From Podarcis tiliguerta (taxonomy: Eukaryota): 64,000 nucleotides of DNA. Below, piece after piece: positions 12,155 to 26,042 of the stretch. The translations under genes were made by a program, and so were the position numbers. The stretch lies in NCBI GenBank assembly GCA_965153285.1, contig OZ229121.1, one strand, 5' to 3'. The first letter of the stretch is position 1. Every line of letters begins with the position of its first letter. The notes beneath the pieces are model-generated. The model ran no database searches. It saw nothing but the letters and a program-made list of their open reading frames with translations, and was not told the origin of the DNA.

Positions 12155-14177
12155 TAATTCTTTTGAGGGAAAGAATGTGCTTCAAACATGCTTTGAAATG
12201 TGTACTGTGTACAAAACCTCAGGCTGATGGGAGTTGTAGTTGTAGTTTAAACCATCCGGAAGGCACCAAGTTAGGGAAGGCTGCCCTGTTAAACAGAAAT
12301 AAATATGCACAAATATTCACAGGCACAATAAAAATGTGTAGCCGCAATGTTGCCTTCCCAGTTTTCCTTCAAGGAGCTAGAGGCAAATGTACAATTGCAA
12401 AGCAGACTGTAACATTTTGCAACTGCAAGATTTTGGTGGTGACAAAAATCAATCTTTATTTCCACTAAGAAAGCAGGTTCTAAAATAAACTGGACTGGTT
12501 GCAGCTTGGTTAAATAAGAGCTGCTAAGGGGTGGGGAATCCTTTGCAGTTGTATCTGGTTTCCGTCACCATACTGATCATATTATGTCAGCAGTCAAGTG
12601 AAATATAAAGAAATATTATGTTAAAGCCAAGGAATACTTCCCCCAATACTAACCCTCTCACTTGGATGACATACGGATGCTGTTGAAGAAGGAAGTTAAA
12701 ATGGGGTTGCAGGTTTCATTCTACATCCATCTCAGTTAGGTGGCCAAATTACAGAACAAAAGATGCCCTTTTATCAACGCGGTTTATATTGTTTAACCAG
12801 AGCACAAGTATGTGTTACAATACGTGTCTTCCTGCATAGTGTACATTCTGATACTCTTCATTCAGCCAATTTTCTGGTATTTTTCTCAAAGTCTCTGCCA
12901 TGGATATTCCAATCGTCCATATGGGTACATTTACTCTTCATTTTTTTTCCATTTCCTTTTCTGGTAATAACTTTTCTAAATCAAGCTTTTTCGCTGAAAA
13001 AACTGGAGCCATTCTAGCCATGCTGAAGGAACCAACGCCTTCCAGGTTTGGTAATTACATATTTTATTGTTGGAAGAAACAAATCGAATGGTTTCCTTTT
13101 TCTTCAATTAGGACTTTATGTAGCACTAGAGATTTATTCCCAGACTCTTTCATTGGACGCCCAGTAATGTATTGAAGAATTGGAGATGCATTTATTTTAA
13201 AGTTCTTTATTTCTGAATGCTGCTTTTCCAAAAAGTCACGTGATCAGTTCCAGAAAGTTATTTACTCTGATTTGTTTGAAATGGTGGCATTGGAAGCTTA
13301 ATAGTAAAACTGGATTACATATGTTTTTGCCAGATAGTAACAGTATTCTTTTTATATGCGTAACATCAGGTTTGATTCCCATTGTTGGTACTTTATAGAA
13401 GGCAACTGAAAAAGTACAAGGACCTTATGCGATGTGTAGTAAAAGAAATATATAGTTGCTCCAGGCTAATTTCCCATTATGGTGCGCATTGTGATGGAGT
13501 TTACTGAATGTTACCACATCAAGCAGTTACTGGAGTTGAATGAGCCATCATAGATCCAATAGCAAAGATCTTCCATCTCCCTGACATGCCTCAGATGAGA
13601 GGAAACAGTACACAGAGGCCGATAGACTGATCTTCCTGGAATACTGGGACCAATGGGAAACAAAATCTCTCTTTTTAAGGCCAAATGAAAGGAAACAGAC
13701 TTTTTCTCACCTTCTTTCCTGTCTGTACAAGCCCAGCAGGCCTGGCAATTGGTGCCCCACCAGCTCCCACCGCTGGCATTGGCTACTAAAAAGAATTAGG
13801 AGTGTGCTTTGTCTGGGTTTGTACCATGGATGAAAGTTCAGCTTCCAAATGCACTATTTGGATTATTTTATTTTATTTTATTTATTGCATAGTTAACCAA
13901 GTACATTGCAGGCAGCTCCCCATTTATGTGAGTTCAAGGCATGCACATGTGCGCATTGCCACAAACCCAAAAAGGGACGAAAAGAGTGCAAAATTGGCAA
14001 AAGAAAATGTGCAAAAACAGTGTCTAGTAATCCCACAAGCTTTGGCAGTGCATTCCCAGGAGCCTTTGCAGTACATTTTAAAGAATGAAATACAGTGTAT
14101 GATAACAAGCCATGGTTTCCCCTCAATATCTTCAGTCTAAGTGGTTATGGGCTCAATTCCACCTCCTTGTGTGCTCA

Positions 14178-14182
<5 letters not shown>

Positions 14183-14263
<81 letters not shown>
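14183..14263. repeat. Compound (CT)n(CA)n microsatellite
   Basis: Seen directly. Confidence 0.95.
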
Positions 14264-14266
<3 letters not shown>

Positions 14267-15224
14267 GATATACACAAACATTCTTGCTGTTACTTCTTAT
14301 TTCCCTGCATCCCCTGCTTAGTTAAGTAAGTGTAGATTTTTATCCCAGTCTGTATCTGCACTGTACTTGTTGTTGCTTTTTTATTTGGTTTTTATTGTTT
14401 ATTTGTGCTTTATGGGAAGCTATTTCTGAATCAAATAAATAATGGCTTGGCAATACCTTCAGCATGCAATAAAGGCAAAATGAATGCTAAACAAATGTAA
14501 TAAATTTGTTAATATTTTCCATCTTCAAATCAAATGAAGGCTGGGGATTTTGCTAATTTCAAAAGCTTGGCATCGCCCAGAGAGCTTGCAGTATTACAGC
14601 TGTGCATGGCAAAATGTTCCACATATTTACCATTTTTATGATTAGCTGTTTTTTGGCTGCTTCTTTCTGTGTGTGCCTCTGAATACACTTTCAGTCACAA
14701 CCTGCCCTTTGTCATCTGATTGTAGCACTAATAACAACATATGGCAGAACAGTCAGACACATCTTCAGGAACTGGGAAGTCTAGGACTTTAGGCAACCAT
14801 CGCGTAATCCCACCCTTACCCACTCACCTGGGATTTTCCATTCTCTCAGTCTCACTTCTCTTGCTCCTACTACATAAAGCCATCTTTTCCACAGCACCGG
14901 GCCTCTCCTCCCCCTGCCGCTCTTACTGAGATGGTTCTGAAAATGAGGTGCTGGCTTAGGCCTGCAGCAGAATGAGGGAGTCTGAGTGGACTGTGACACT
15001 ACTGGCAGCATTTTGTGGTGGGCAGGGCGGGAGAGGGGAGGCATTTTTAATATTTCTCCACAAAATGTTCCTGCAAGTGAAACAGCTCACCCTTCAGGGA
15101 GAAAGATTATAGCTCAGCCTGCCGCCTGGGAAATATTTGAAATTAAATAACAGGTGGTATTAAAAATATTATATACAGTGTTATATAATACTGCATATAT
15201 GTGTATATACTGTATATATATGTT

Positions 15225-15448
15225 TTCGGATGTCTCCGTTGCCGAACGTTTCAGTTTTCGAATGCCGAAAACCCAGAAGTAAATGTTTCCGTTTCTGAAA
15301 GCGCCTCAGAAGCCGTTCGACTTCCAAGACACATTTCTCTATTTTCTAATTGGATTTGCCAACTGCCCATTGTGCCTCAGTTTTCGAATGTTTTGGAAGT
15401 CAAACAGTCTTCCAGAACGGATTACGTTCGAAAACCTATGTACCACTC
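15225..15448. mobile_element. Tc1/mariner MITE, one end degraded
   Basis: Right TIR ...gtaccact(c)ta; shares ttccagaacggattacgttcgaaaacc, inverted, with 59328-59558. Confidence 0.7.
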
Positions 15449-17077
15449 TATATCTTTCCCAACTTATGGCTGAAGTGGGGCAAGTCCATTCTACACATTC
15501 TATACCACTTTACTCTGTGTTGTATGCTCATATGAAATGTTTTAAAAAAATGCTCTCAATCAATTGCTTTAAAAAGTAATAATACATGAATTCAGTGCCA
15601 GTCAAATTTCCCAACGATGATGCTGATGCTTCCATTAAGGAGCTATGAGAAAGGGTCACATTATGAGAAATATTCATCTAGCAGTTAAATGATCTTGTGC
15701 CTAAGTCATTTGATTTACTTTATGTCAAGGGTAAGGAGGATAGGAATTGAGGGAATGAGCAGCGTCAAAAGGCTCAAGGGATACCCTTTTAGTCAGCTAA
15801 TATGTAATTCTACCTTTGAATAGGATGACCATGCCTCCTGTTTTACAAATGGCAGTCCTCTGTTTGAAGGGCTATCATAGGACTTTCTGCTGTTTGAAGG
15901 AACCGACTGCTTGCAGGGCTCCCCAGTCTATGACCGCTTTGAAGATAAATAACTCTTCAGAAGAGAGAGCGGGGCCTTGAGGTGCCAGACTGAGTAGGCA
16001 CACAGGCCAGCTGGCCCCAGTCTTCCCCACTATGGCGAGATGTATGGTATAGAAAATGGTATGTAAATTCTACCAATTATTTCTAAATCTGCAATTGCAC
16101 ACATCCATTGGCATTTTGTTTTCCCTCTACTTTTTTGGTCACGCATAAGCAGCCAGCCTTAGCTTCAAAAGAGAAAATGTCTGCGAATACGGAGGAAATA
16201 TCTATTTTAATGCTTTGTTCAAAAGGAGCCTGGACATTTGCAATTCTACTCTGGGTGAAGCGTGCCTTCCTGTTCTGACAGCATATTGTCCCTCGTCCAC
16301 AAAGTAGCTTTTAGGATTTACAACAAGACGCAGATCCAGACACAACTTCTAAGAGCTGTGTAAATCTTACCGGGTTCAGAGGAGCCTGCTGTCAGTTTTG
16401 CAGGCTCAGAGTGTTCTTTCTGGTGACATCAATCATGACTCAACCTGGCCACCAGTGCCACAGATGACAAAAGAGACCTATTTTTAAACAGTGACACCGA
16501 TACAGCGAGGAGAAGCCTGCCTTGGGCCAGAATTATGTCAGCCTTGCTGTGGATATTCAGAAAGCATGTGCTATGTTATTTTGGGAGTATTGTCAGATGG
16601 TCTTGTTGTGGTCTCTTAGATTTGTGAAAATGCTCCCCCCCCTCTCACTTTTTAAGGGAACATTACAAAACTGCTGGGCCAGAACTGCCATCTTGCATTA
16701 GGACCAAGATGTGGGATAGGAAATGGTTCTTCTCACTGTCCTTTAACTCCATCAGAGGCAACTGCTCCCTAGGAAGGACAGTTGGTTTATTATCTTTGGA
16801 CTTTGGCAGACACTTGTATGGTACAAAGCCTTAAGACTAAACTAGATGCCACAAACCTCTTCTACAGGTAACATCAAGCCAGTGTTCCTTTTTAAAGCGG
16901 AAAGCTACCTCAGGAGAAGGAAGAAAAGATAAGTGGGGATGCACCCCTTTCCTCTCTCCCTCCTAGGGGGAATACTATAGGAAGGGACCATTGGTAAGAA
17001 ATCCTGCATTTAAAGGAGACTGTTGGCCCCTCCATATATTCTGTTTATTGCAGATTCATGATGATTTGATGCTATTG

Positions 17078-17116
17078 AGCCCGGCCTTGGCTGGGGAGGG
17101 CGGGGTATAAATAAAA

Positions 17117-17157
<41 letters not shown>
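17078..17157 (+). mobile_element. 3' end of an L2/SINE-type retroposon with (ATT)n tail
   Basis: gagggcggggtataaataaa followed by ~13 ATT repeats. Confidence 0.6.
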
Positions 17158-17380
17158 GGTCACAGGTAGAGCCTGCTTCCAATTCTGTTTATGTCTGCAA
17201 GTTTTGGGGCAGGCACATTGCTTCCCTTCCAACCAGTGCATATCCCAGAACTTCCTGCTGAAAGCCCATCACTTTTTAACACCACAAATGCTCTCATTTA
17301 GTTTTGCCCTGCTTTCTTTGAACTATAGCCCTTCAAGAGAGCAATGATGCAGTAGCATTGGGGAAACATCACAAAACAAA

Positions 17381-17636
17381 GGGCTCGTCCACATTTGTCC
17401 TGCGATTTCTAGGTATGGGCTCAAGCGTGTTTTTCCCCTCTCTTTTGTCTTGCTGCTTTCGCTGTCTTGTATACTGCTGAGTTGGAACAAATGTCAATTG
17501 GGTTTTCTGCAGATTGACATTTGCTCCGATTCAGCAGTAAACAGTGGGTTTTCTCAAGGAAAGTAATGGGACAAAAGAAAAACGTCTCAGACCTGCGCCT
17601 AGAAATCACACGGCAAGTGGAAGTGTGGGTGAGCCC
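17381..17636. mobile_element. PIF/Harbinger-like MITE
   Basis: TIR gggctcgtccaca / tgtgggtgagccc, internal inverted arms (gatttctagg / cctagaaatc), 3-bp AAA flanks. Confidence 0.6.
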
Positions 17637-18603
17637 AAACTGAAGCAGATTATTGTGTTAAGAACATGTTGCAGAATAAACCACTGCAATAAAAGCACCA
17701 GCCTGAAGGAGATGTCAGTTTTCAGCAGTTAGTTTCCCAGATTAAAGCCTTCTCATCATTTGCAACGCCAAGAGTGGGAAAAGCCACCAGTGTTCAAGAA
17801 GGAAAAAATATTGGTCTCAGCTGAAGTTTGATATCTTAAAGAAGAGTTTTCCCTTCTTAACATTTGCTAGCCATAACTGTGTGTTTTAAGGGTTTCACAT
17901 TTTTAAAGAATCCAGTATAAAATTTTGACATAAATACCTAAAGAACACCTGATGATCTTTTCATCTGCTGTTCTTTGAAGCTATCACACCACACTCCAAT
18001 ACCAAAGATTTACAAGGCCACCTTCACGTTCCTTCTCCCGTCTTATGCCTACATGTGTCTGCTACACTCTGCTGTTCTTCAATATAACAAGGTGTGATAT
18101 AACAAGCTTACAGGTGTAAGCATGCCACTGAAACTGTTAATGCCACATTTGAAAAAAGCAGATTGCTAACATTTAGGACAACGGCCATTTTACTCAGAGT
18201 TAATATCTACACTTATATAGAAGAACGGCATTTTTTAACAAAAATAAAAATGAAAAACTTGCCAGCTGCACAAGAGTTCTGAAGCTTTCATGTCGCAGGA
18301 GTCTGTCTTATACATCAGACAAGCATATAAAAGAGGCTTAGGGGGAATTTAACAAAGAAAAAGAATATCCAGGTGGTTTTTAAACTAGAATACAATAAAG
18401 GGCTGGGTTTAGAGAAGTGTAAGTAATAAGCAAACAAATTGAGAGGTACAGTAGGAGAAGTAACCTTAAAAAAAAAGGGAAGAAAAATTGTGTTTTATTT
18501 GAAAGCATGGGTGGGAAAGCCCATAAAATCAGCCTGGCCTGCTTTGTCTTCCCTCCCCCCCCCCCCCTCAATACATATACACCACACACTAAGCAGCTAC
18601 ATG

Positions 18604-18750
18604 CAGTGCTTTTTTCATGGGGGACGCAGGGGTATGCATACCCCTAAACATTTTGTGAATCTAAGTTTGGCCTCATTGAGGGGCAGTATTTCAATATGAG
18701 TAGGAAAATGAGAGTACCCCTAAACCTTTTTTAAAAGAAAAATAATACTG
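18604..18750. mobile_element. hAT-type MITE
   Basis: CAGT...ACTG termini with perfect 8-bp TSD GCTACATG (18596-18603 / 18751-18758). Confidence 0.85.
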
Positions 18751-19453
18751 GCTACATGTAATTTCAAAACGTCGTTCTATTCGAGTTAGAATGTGTTCTA
18801 AAATGTAAGGATTCTGAAGCTAAATTTAAAAATTGAAGCATTTCATTTCATGTTTTGCCTCTTAACTCGTTGGTGATGAGGCCACAGAATAAACTCTTTG
18901 AAAATAACCAGTTTTTTATTTTTAACATCACTTATATTTCTTTTTGAAAACTAAAATACGTGAAACAAAAAACAGTCCAAAGGTCATTGACTAAAGAGAC
19001 CTGCTTTGCATGCAAAAGCCCAAGGATCCAATCCGTAGCCTCGCCAGGTAGATGAAGGGACCTGGGGCAGCAAATAGGCCAAAGGTAAAACAAAACAGCT
19101 AAAAACATGTAAGAACAATTCCAAAAGAGATCCAGACTAGGAAAGAGCTCCATTTGGGTGTTTGAGATACCTATAAAGCAATTAAATATGAACACACACA
19201 GAATTTGGTTTGGATGCATCATCCTCTACTGGCAGAATGGTTTATCTGCACTTTCAAGGTCTTCCAAAGCATCCAGGATGAACCATCTCTCTGAGTTAGA
19301 TGTCAGAAGTGGACCTGAAAGTCATTTGCTTATTAGATTTATGCCTTGGCCCTTCTCCAAGTCCCTCATGGCAGTATATAAGGCTCTTCCTCATGTTGTA
19401 GAAGAAGAAAAAGAAGAGGAGTTTGGACTTGATATCCCACCTTTCACTGCCCG

Positions 19454-19553
19454 TAAAGGTAAAGGGACCCCTGACCATTAGGTCCAGTCGTGGATGACTC
19501 TGGGGTCCAGTCGCCTTTGACTGAACTTAACCATACAGGGGTCCTTTACCTTT
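19454..19553. mobile_element. Two Sauria SINE/Bov-B-type 3' ends in inverted arrangement
   Basis: aaaggtaaagggacccctg... followed by ...caggggtcctttaccttt. Confidence 0.7.
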
Positions 19554-21591
19554 GTTTTTTGTTTTTACCTTACCTAATAATGGCTAAAGGTCATCTAGTG
19601 AGTTTCATGATATGAGTAGTCTCATACTAATAACATTATTGTTGTTATTATTTATTAAATTTATATATTCACCCGAAGATTCCAGGGCATCTCTGAAGAT
19701 ACTAGTTCTCATGAATATGGTGTAAACACTACCATCTATTTCTTACTCATGTCAGACCAGCTCAACCTGGGCAGGAAAATAAAAGATAATTTGGTGCCTC
19801 TTGGAGTCCTTTATCCCTTTTGTGTGAGTAAAAATTAGCATGCTGGTAGCTTGGCTGTCACACAGGCAAAAGAATTTCAATTCTTGGCAGGTTCACATTC
19901 CTTTGTATCTGGCCTACATAAAGTATTACCAAGTGGGCAAAGAAACCTTTTTAGGTGAACAATTGCATTAATCTCTTTTGGGGGGGGGGGTATAATCTAA
20001 ACCTGAGTTTGTAAAGAGTTTGTAAACCTGCCTTCCATCAGACTCCCAGCTCCAGCAACATAAGGAAATGCAATGTTTGGAAATACAGAGTTCTAAGCTT
20101 CCCGAGATGTGTGAATGTTCCACTTGTGTAGAACATATATCTTTCTCCACCTATAACTTCACTGCTACACTGCACAGGAAAATGCTATACTCATTCAATT
20201 AGGCAAGAAAGAAACTCTTGTAGGCATGCTTTTCCAAGGAAACAAAAATATCTACAGTCCTAACTGCAGTTGGAAAAAAGTTTTGTGGGTGCAATTGACT
20301 AAGCAGTAAAGTATTTACTTGAAGTAACACACTTGTTAAGTCAGAGTCATTGTGACATAGTAAAAGTTTTGTTTCTATGTAGCAAATTTTTAAAAAACCG
20401 TATGTGGATTAGCTCAGTAAATTCATCCTAAGAAGTCAACATGCTGACTTAACTAAACACCTTAACAAGAAACTGTGATCAACATATTATCAACATATAC
20501 CCAGTTTTAGTCAGTTCTCCAAATACACTTTGTGTCCCCTTCTAGGATGATAGAAATAATTATTGTATTTGTTTAAAAACCAATAAAAATTGTTGTTCTT
20601 GTTTTTTTAAAAAATAAAAACTGTCACCTATTCTAGAATCTCTAGATACCTTATTGTAAAGGAAAACTTATTCAAAGATTTTCAATTAATTTCAAGGCTC
20701 TCTCCACATTAGAACACAGACATTGCTGCCTTAATTATGAAAATCTGCCTTTATTTTTTCTATCTTTAGCTGATTAATCAACTTATTCAAGTATGCAATT
20801 CAAATTATTCAAAGCACAGTAGCATGTGACAAGGAGAAATACTCTGCACCAATGGCGCATGAATCCAATGCATGCAATACAAGCTATGGGCTTTCAGGTA
20901 GTGGTAGAGAAAAAATGGACTTTAGGGTTCATCTTTAAACCCCTAGAGGTTTTCCAGAAGGAAGGTCTACTCTAAATCAAGTGAAGGCTTCTAAGGTGCA
21001 GGTGTTTAGAGCTGATTGTGAATATGCCATCATAGGGTGTGTGGTGACACCATTATTATGGAAAGCTCCCCAGAATATGCACTATGGAAGGAGAAACTTG
21101 CTGGTTTGCTGTTAAACTCACATGTTGTAATATGTTGCTTTTATTTTGTCATTATATTTTGTCATCACTTGTAAAATGAGGACAGAACCTTGTGCAATTT
21201 GTTTACACAGTCCCATCTGAATTAGGGGTCATTTGTATTCTTAATATTTGCTCTGTGTGCAGATGCGGGCAATTACAGGACAAAGAAGAAAATCTTAAAT
21301 CTCTGGACAAGTTAAATATTTGGGTCCTAAACATATACTGGGGTACAGGCCCCAGGCATTTCAGAAATGGCTCTGCTGCATTGACTAGTATGCTTCAACA
21401 AAATAATTGTTTTCTACAGCAGAATCATGGCTTAAGTTAGCTCGTTAAGTTAGTTCATTCAGTTATGCTACTTGTTTGAATGTGATAATGGTAACAGATA
21501 TTGCAAGCACAATTCAAATTTTTTTAAGATGATAGATTTGAGTTCCTTATTTTTAAAAAAGAAGCTTTCCCACGGTACATTTTGTCAATAA

Positions 21592-21597
21592 TTTATT
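21592..21597 (-). terminator. Candidate MPP7 polyadenylation signal AATAAA (3'UTR about 2.45 kb)
   Basis: AATAAA on the minus strand at the end of an AT-rich, repeat-poor stretch after the stop, with a U-rich downstream element; another AATAAA lies at 22456-22461. Confidence 0.4.
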
Positions 21598-24036
21598 GAT
21601 TTAAGATTGATAAAGTTGCAATTCAGGCACATCATCTGTAAGTGAACTGATGACAACTTCAAGTATTGCTCTGAATCCATAGTATAAAAACTTTTAACAT
21701 TTGCTTTACAATGACAAAACAGCAAAAATACAATAAGGATATTTATATTTAAAACCATAAAACCATTGTACTCAAACCCATGCAGTACAATTTTAAAAGG
21801 CTGAAAAAAGTCAGTTTCACTTTGAGCCAAAAATTGACTTAAGTTTTTCTGAACTATACCCATGCTATGTGTATGATCCAAGGCTCCAAACAGTTTCAGT
21901 GTGCACACACAGAACATGCCGCAGCATTGGAGAGGACAGGCAGCTCCTACTTATGCAAAGCTCCAGAGCTTTTTGGATCATGCTCTTATTAAAACAAAGG
22001 TGTCCAAGGTCATTGCAGACTCAGTTGCTGCTTCAAAGCTAGTGAACTCAAAGGATAGTAAATTCTCTCTTGACAAAAAGAACATGGGAAGCTTACAAAG
22101 ATTAATAGTGTCAATTATTGCCAGTAAGAGCACAGTGCCGAAACGCTGTCTTTGGAGCGACAATCAGGATGAAAGGGAGAGAGCTTCCTCCCAAACAGCA
22201 TTCTGGGATGTCACAACATTTGAAACCTATATGCCCAATTTCCCCTTGTTTTCAAGAAAAATATATGGTAAGAATAGTCACACAAACTATAGCTGACAAA
22301 CAGGACAAATGTATTTCTAAACAAATGTTTTGATCCTCTCATATACAAAATGTAGATATTGACAGATACCCAGCATTCTTGGCACTGGCTCTTGCAGTAC
22401 ACACTGAATGTCAAAGACGCATAATGCCTGCCAAACAAACAAACAACCACAGTGATTTATTTAAAGCAGTACTGAAACACAGCCGGGAGGGAGGGGATCC
22501 AGTTCAGTATTTTTCATGCAATTAATTGGTGCTGAAGTACAACCATAGATCACCAAAAACAGTAAAACCTGAGACACTCAACATTACATGATGGATGTTC
22601 AGGGCCAGGCTACATGCGTCACTCTAGCACAAATGTTTCCAAAAGACGATATTCTGGTTGTTGGCACTTCCCTTGTATTACACAATTTTAAAACATGAAT
22701 GCAATGAACCAAAAAACCAACCATCTATTTAGACTACATTTGCAAAGACCTGGTGGTTTATCTGTATCGAAACTAAAACATTTACATGGAATGTTGAGTT
22801 TATAAAGCCAGTGTTTCAAATCACAGACACCTAGGGATCTGTTTAATAAATGATCACATTGACAAGAAATGCAAAAAATTAATATATCCCTTCTCATCCC
22901 TTTTCATAAATATATATAGTCTCACTAAATTCTTTTGCCTTTAAATAAGACAGCTAACCCTTTTATACATTAACATAAAATAACTGGACTTCCTGTTTGC
23001 ATACTAAGCCTCTGATACATCACTGTCACGTATAAATTGGAAAGGCAAATTCGCTTGAACACAACAAGTATTTCTCTTTTCATCTACTAATAAACTTTGT
23101 GTCAAGAGGAAATCAAGAAGAAGCAAAAAAATTACTTTCTTCATTCCAGAAAACACAGCTCTGGGTCAGTGTAAAATGAGAATGATCCACTAGTTTTAAT
23201 TACAAATTTTCAAATAAAAAAATAGGTTCTGGGTTTTCTCAAAGGCTGTTTTAGAAAGGTTTATAATTAAAACAATGAAGCACTTATATAAATAAAATCC
23301 ATTTACCCAACTGCCTCTTTCCCAAAGACTAACCCTCCACCCTGTTATCTTTGTTAGAATTACCCCAATCTAAGCTTTGATGCACTGCTGTGAATACTCC
23401 CCAAGGGTAATCTACAAATACTCAAGATGCAGAGCAATATTATTGCTTATTGAAAAGATCCAAGAAAGTTTTTCCACCAACATAAATAAAATTTGCTGTT
23501 GTGGTAAAAGTCAGTCTGGATGTGGAAGACAATACTCAGCACACACACAAAATTCGGACTGAGCGTAAGCAAGTTCAAATATTTGTATTTTAGTTAAAGA
23601 AATGGTAGCCACTTTTGCATCCCCAGTTTTAAAAATTTCAAGTGCTAACTATTATCCAGGTCTGGAAGTAGCAAAATTGGAAGCCACTTAAACACTGATA
23701 TCAGACCTTAAGACTTTTTAATATCAATGCTCAGCTTAAAGGATATCTCATACTGGATTGATGAAATGTGGTATCGTAATAGCTGAAGATTCACTTCAAA
23801 AACCAGTAAAATTGAATCTGGTAAAAAATAAGGCTTCAATGTGATATTCTGCCTCCGAACCCCTATTCCAAACAGGAAGGTTTACACACAGAAAAATAAG
23901 ATCAACATTCCACTGCACCAAGTTTGTAAATGCACCAGTTTGCCAAAGCTCGAAAAGCTTCCCACCAACAAAATGTCCATTTAGATCCAACTGAGTACCT
24001 TATTAAAATATTATGAAACATTTTATTTGTTTAGTG

Positions 24037-24216
24037 TTATGAATGCACCCAACTGACTGGAACCCAAAAGGTGTCTCGCTCCAGTCTGTCAAAGGTTGTT
24101 TTCAACTCATTGTAAGCTGTAGTAAGATCATCATTTACTATAACTTTGTCAAAAAGGTGGCTGTATTGGCTTTCCATAATTTGTGCTGATTTAAGCATTT
24201 CTTGAAAGTCTTCCTC
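24037..24216 (-). CDS. MPP7: MPP7 last coding exon ([14 protein letters not shown]...[10 protein letters not shown])
   Basis: tttag|GAG acceptor, 180 nt, TAA stop; MAGUK WVPVSW C-terminal motif. Confidence 0.97.
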   Translation of the reverse strand, partial: EEDFQEMLKSAQIMESQYSHLFDKVIVNDDLTTAYNELKTTFDRLERDTFWVPVSWVHS

Positions 24217-24306
24217 CTAAAAGAAAGAGAAGTAGTCATTCAAAAGGAAAAGCAAAACAAGTTACAAATCTGCCGAATGCGGAGTTAACAAGGAATCAGG
24301 TTTTAT

Positions 24307-24518
24307 GGCTTGGTTCCAATGATCTTGCTGTGTGAGTAGAAGGCATTTCCATTTGTGCTGGGGGAAGCTGCCAATTTCCTGAATCCCCCCGCAAAACTAT
24401 TCTGAAGAGTCCCCTGACCCTCAGCAGCCACCGGGGTGTGTGTGTGTGTGTGTGTGTGGATCTGTGCCCCTCCTGCATAAGTAGACATGCTAGCATACCA
24501 GGATTTTGGATCAAAGCC
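24307..24518. mobile_element. Harbinger-like MITE containing (GT)n
   Basis: TIR ggcttggttccaa / ttggatcaaagcc, TAT flanks on both sides; related TIR at 31203-31326. Confidence 0.6.
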
Positions 24519-25453
24519 TATGCTTAGCTAATAGTTCATAAAACAGGGAATAAAAATTATATGTTCTTTATTACAAAATTCACACAAGTCTTCGTTTCAA
24601 ACTATTTTGTTATTGTTTTAAAAACTCTATTTTGCCCAGCAATTTACAAATCCTTCCTCTTTATCCGCATATCAGCATTATTAGTCACTAACTGATAATT
24701 AAAGAAATGTCTCTGTGCTAGAAAAAGCACTGGAAAAATGTTTTTAAGCTATTTACATTAATGATGTACTGACCAACTACATTACCTAAGACTCTGCCTG
24801 CTATTAGCAAGGGATTTACTAGAACACAGTCTGTATTTTTGAAAGTTTGGTAAAAATCCAAAAGAATCGTTCCTTTCAGATTCCTGGGTCTTACTAGGGC
24901 TCATTCAGTAGGTTTTTGCTCATGTTTTTGGAAACATAGAATGTAACTACATAAAATTAAGACAGAAAATCCTAAGAAGAGTAAGTCCCCAGGACTGTGT
25001 TATACTTTTACAAATTAAGAAACTATTTATGTATTTAATAGTCTTGTGAAGTCTCACTAGCCTAATTATTCCAAATTCGTGTATTTTTTAAAAAACCAAC
25101 ATTTACAACAATTTTGTCAGAAACAAATTGACAATATCCACAGCTGGCATCCTTTGCTAGGCGTTCACACTGTTACACATACTCCTTTCCAACAACCTCC
25201 ACAGGATTCAATCCTGAGAGACATTCTTGCTTGCGTTCACATGATATTGCCGGACACGGAGGCTGTGCATCAATACGTTTATTAAACCACCTCTGCCTTT
25301 TCTTGTCACCCATACTTATTCCTATAGTTTAGGTGCATATCTGGAGCAAAAATAGAGCTAAATCTACAGAAACGTGATACAATTATAATTAGCCAGACTT
25401 GTGACCCACTCATCTTGCAGTGGCAGCTGAAAAGAATGCTGGGAGGGGACATA

Positions 25454-25625
25454 CCGTATTTTCCTGTGTATAAGATGCCTCCATGTATAAGACACTCCTG
25501 TTTGGGGGGGAATCCAAATTAAGAAAACACCCCTCAGCACTAACCGTGCGTAAGATGAGCCCCAATTTCAAACCTTTTTTGGGGGAGATTTTAAAAAACC
25601 TGGTCTTATACATGGAAAAATATGG
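25454..25625. mobile_element. Tc1/mariner MITE (CCGTATTTT family)
   Basis: TA|ccgtattttcctgtgtataaga ... tcttatacatggaaaaatatgg|TA. Confidence 0.8.
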
Positions 25626-25898
25626 TAACTGCCTCCATCCCTAACATGTTAGGTGTGATACTGTTTCTGTCACTGCCTAAAGGACAGGCAATAAGAGCAT
25701 GAAATGAAGGGAGAAGAGAGAGGGAGGTGGTGGTTCTGGAAGTGATCGGCCTCTCTGATTCTGTTTCCAATACTTCAAAAAAATGTTATGCTGAAAAAAT
25801 ATTATGTGCACTGTGAACCAGGGTGTGCAGTCACCTTCACTGACAGACACAGCCCCCCGGCACCTTGTCATATTTGCAGGAACGCAGAAGTTACTTAC

Positions 25899-26042
25899 TT
25901 GAAAAGGCTTGGCAGCACCTTTTTCATCCTTGCTTGAAATTATCTTGGCATTTTTTCTCGTTTCTCGCAAACGCTCAATTGAAGGAGGTTTTATAAAGAT
26001 GACAAACGGTTTAAATTCTAATGTCCTTAAATGCTTTACTGT
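25899..26042 (-). CDS. MPP7: MPP7 exon, GK domain ([13 protein letters not shown]...AAKPFQ)
   Basis: ccag|ACA ... CAA|gtaagt, 144 nt, phase 0-0. Confidence 0.97.
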
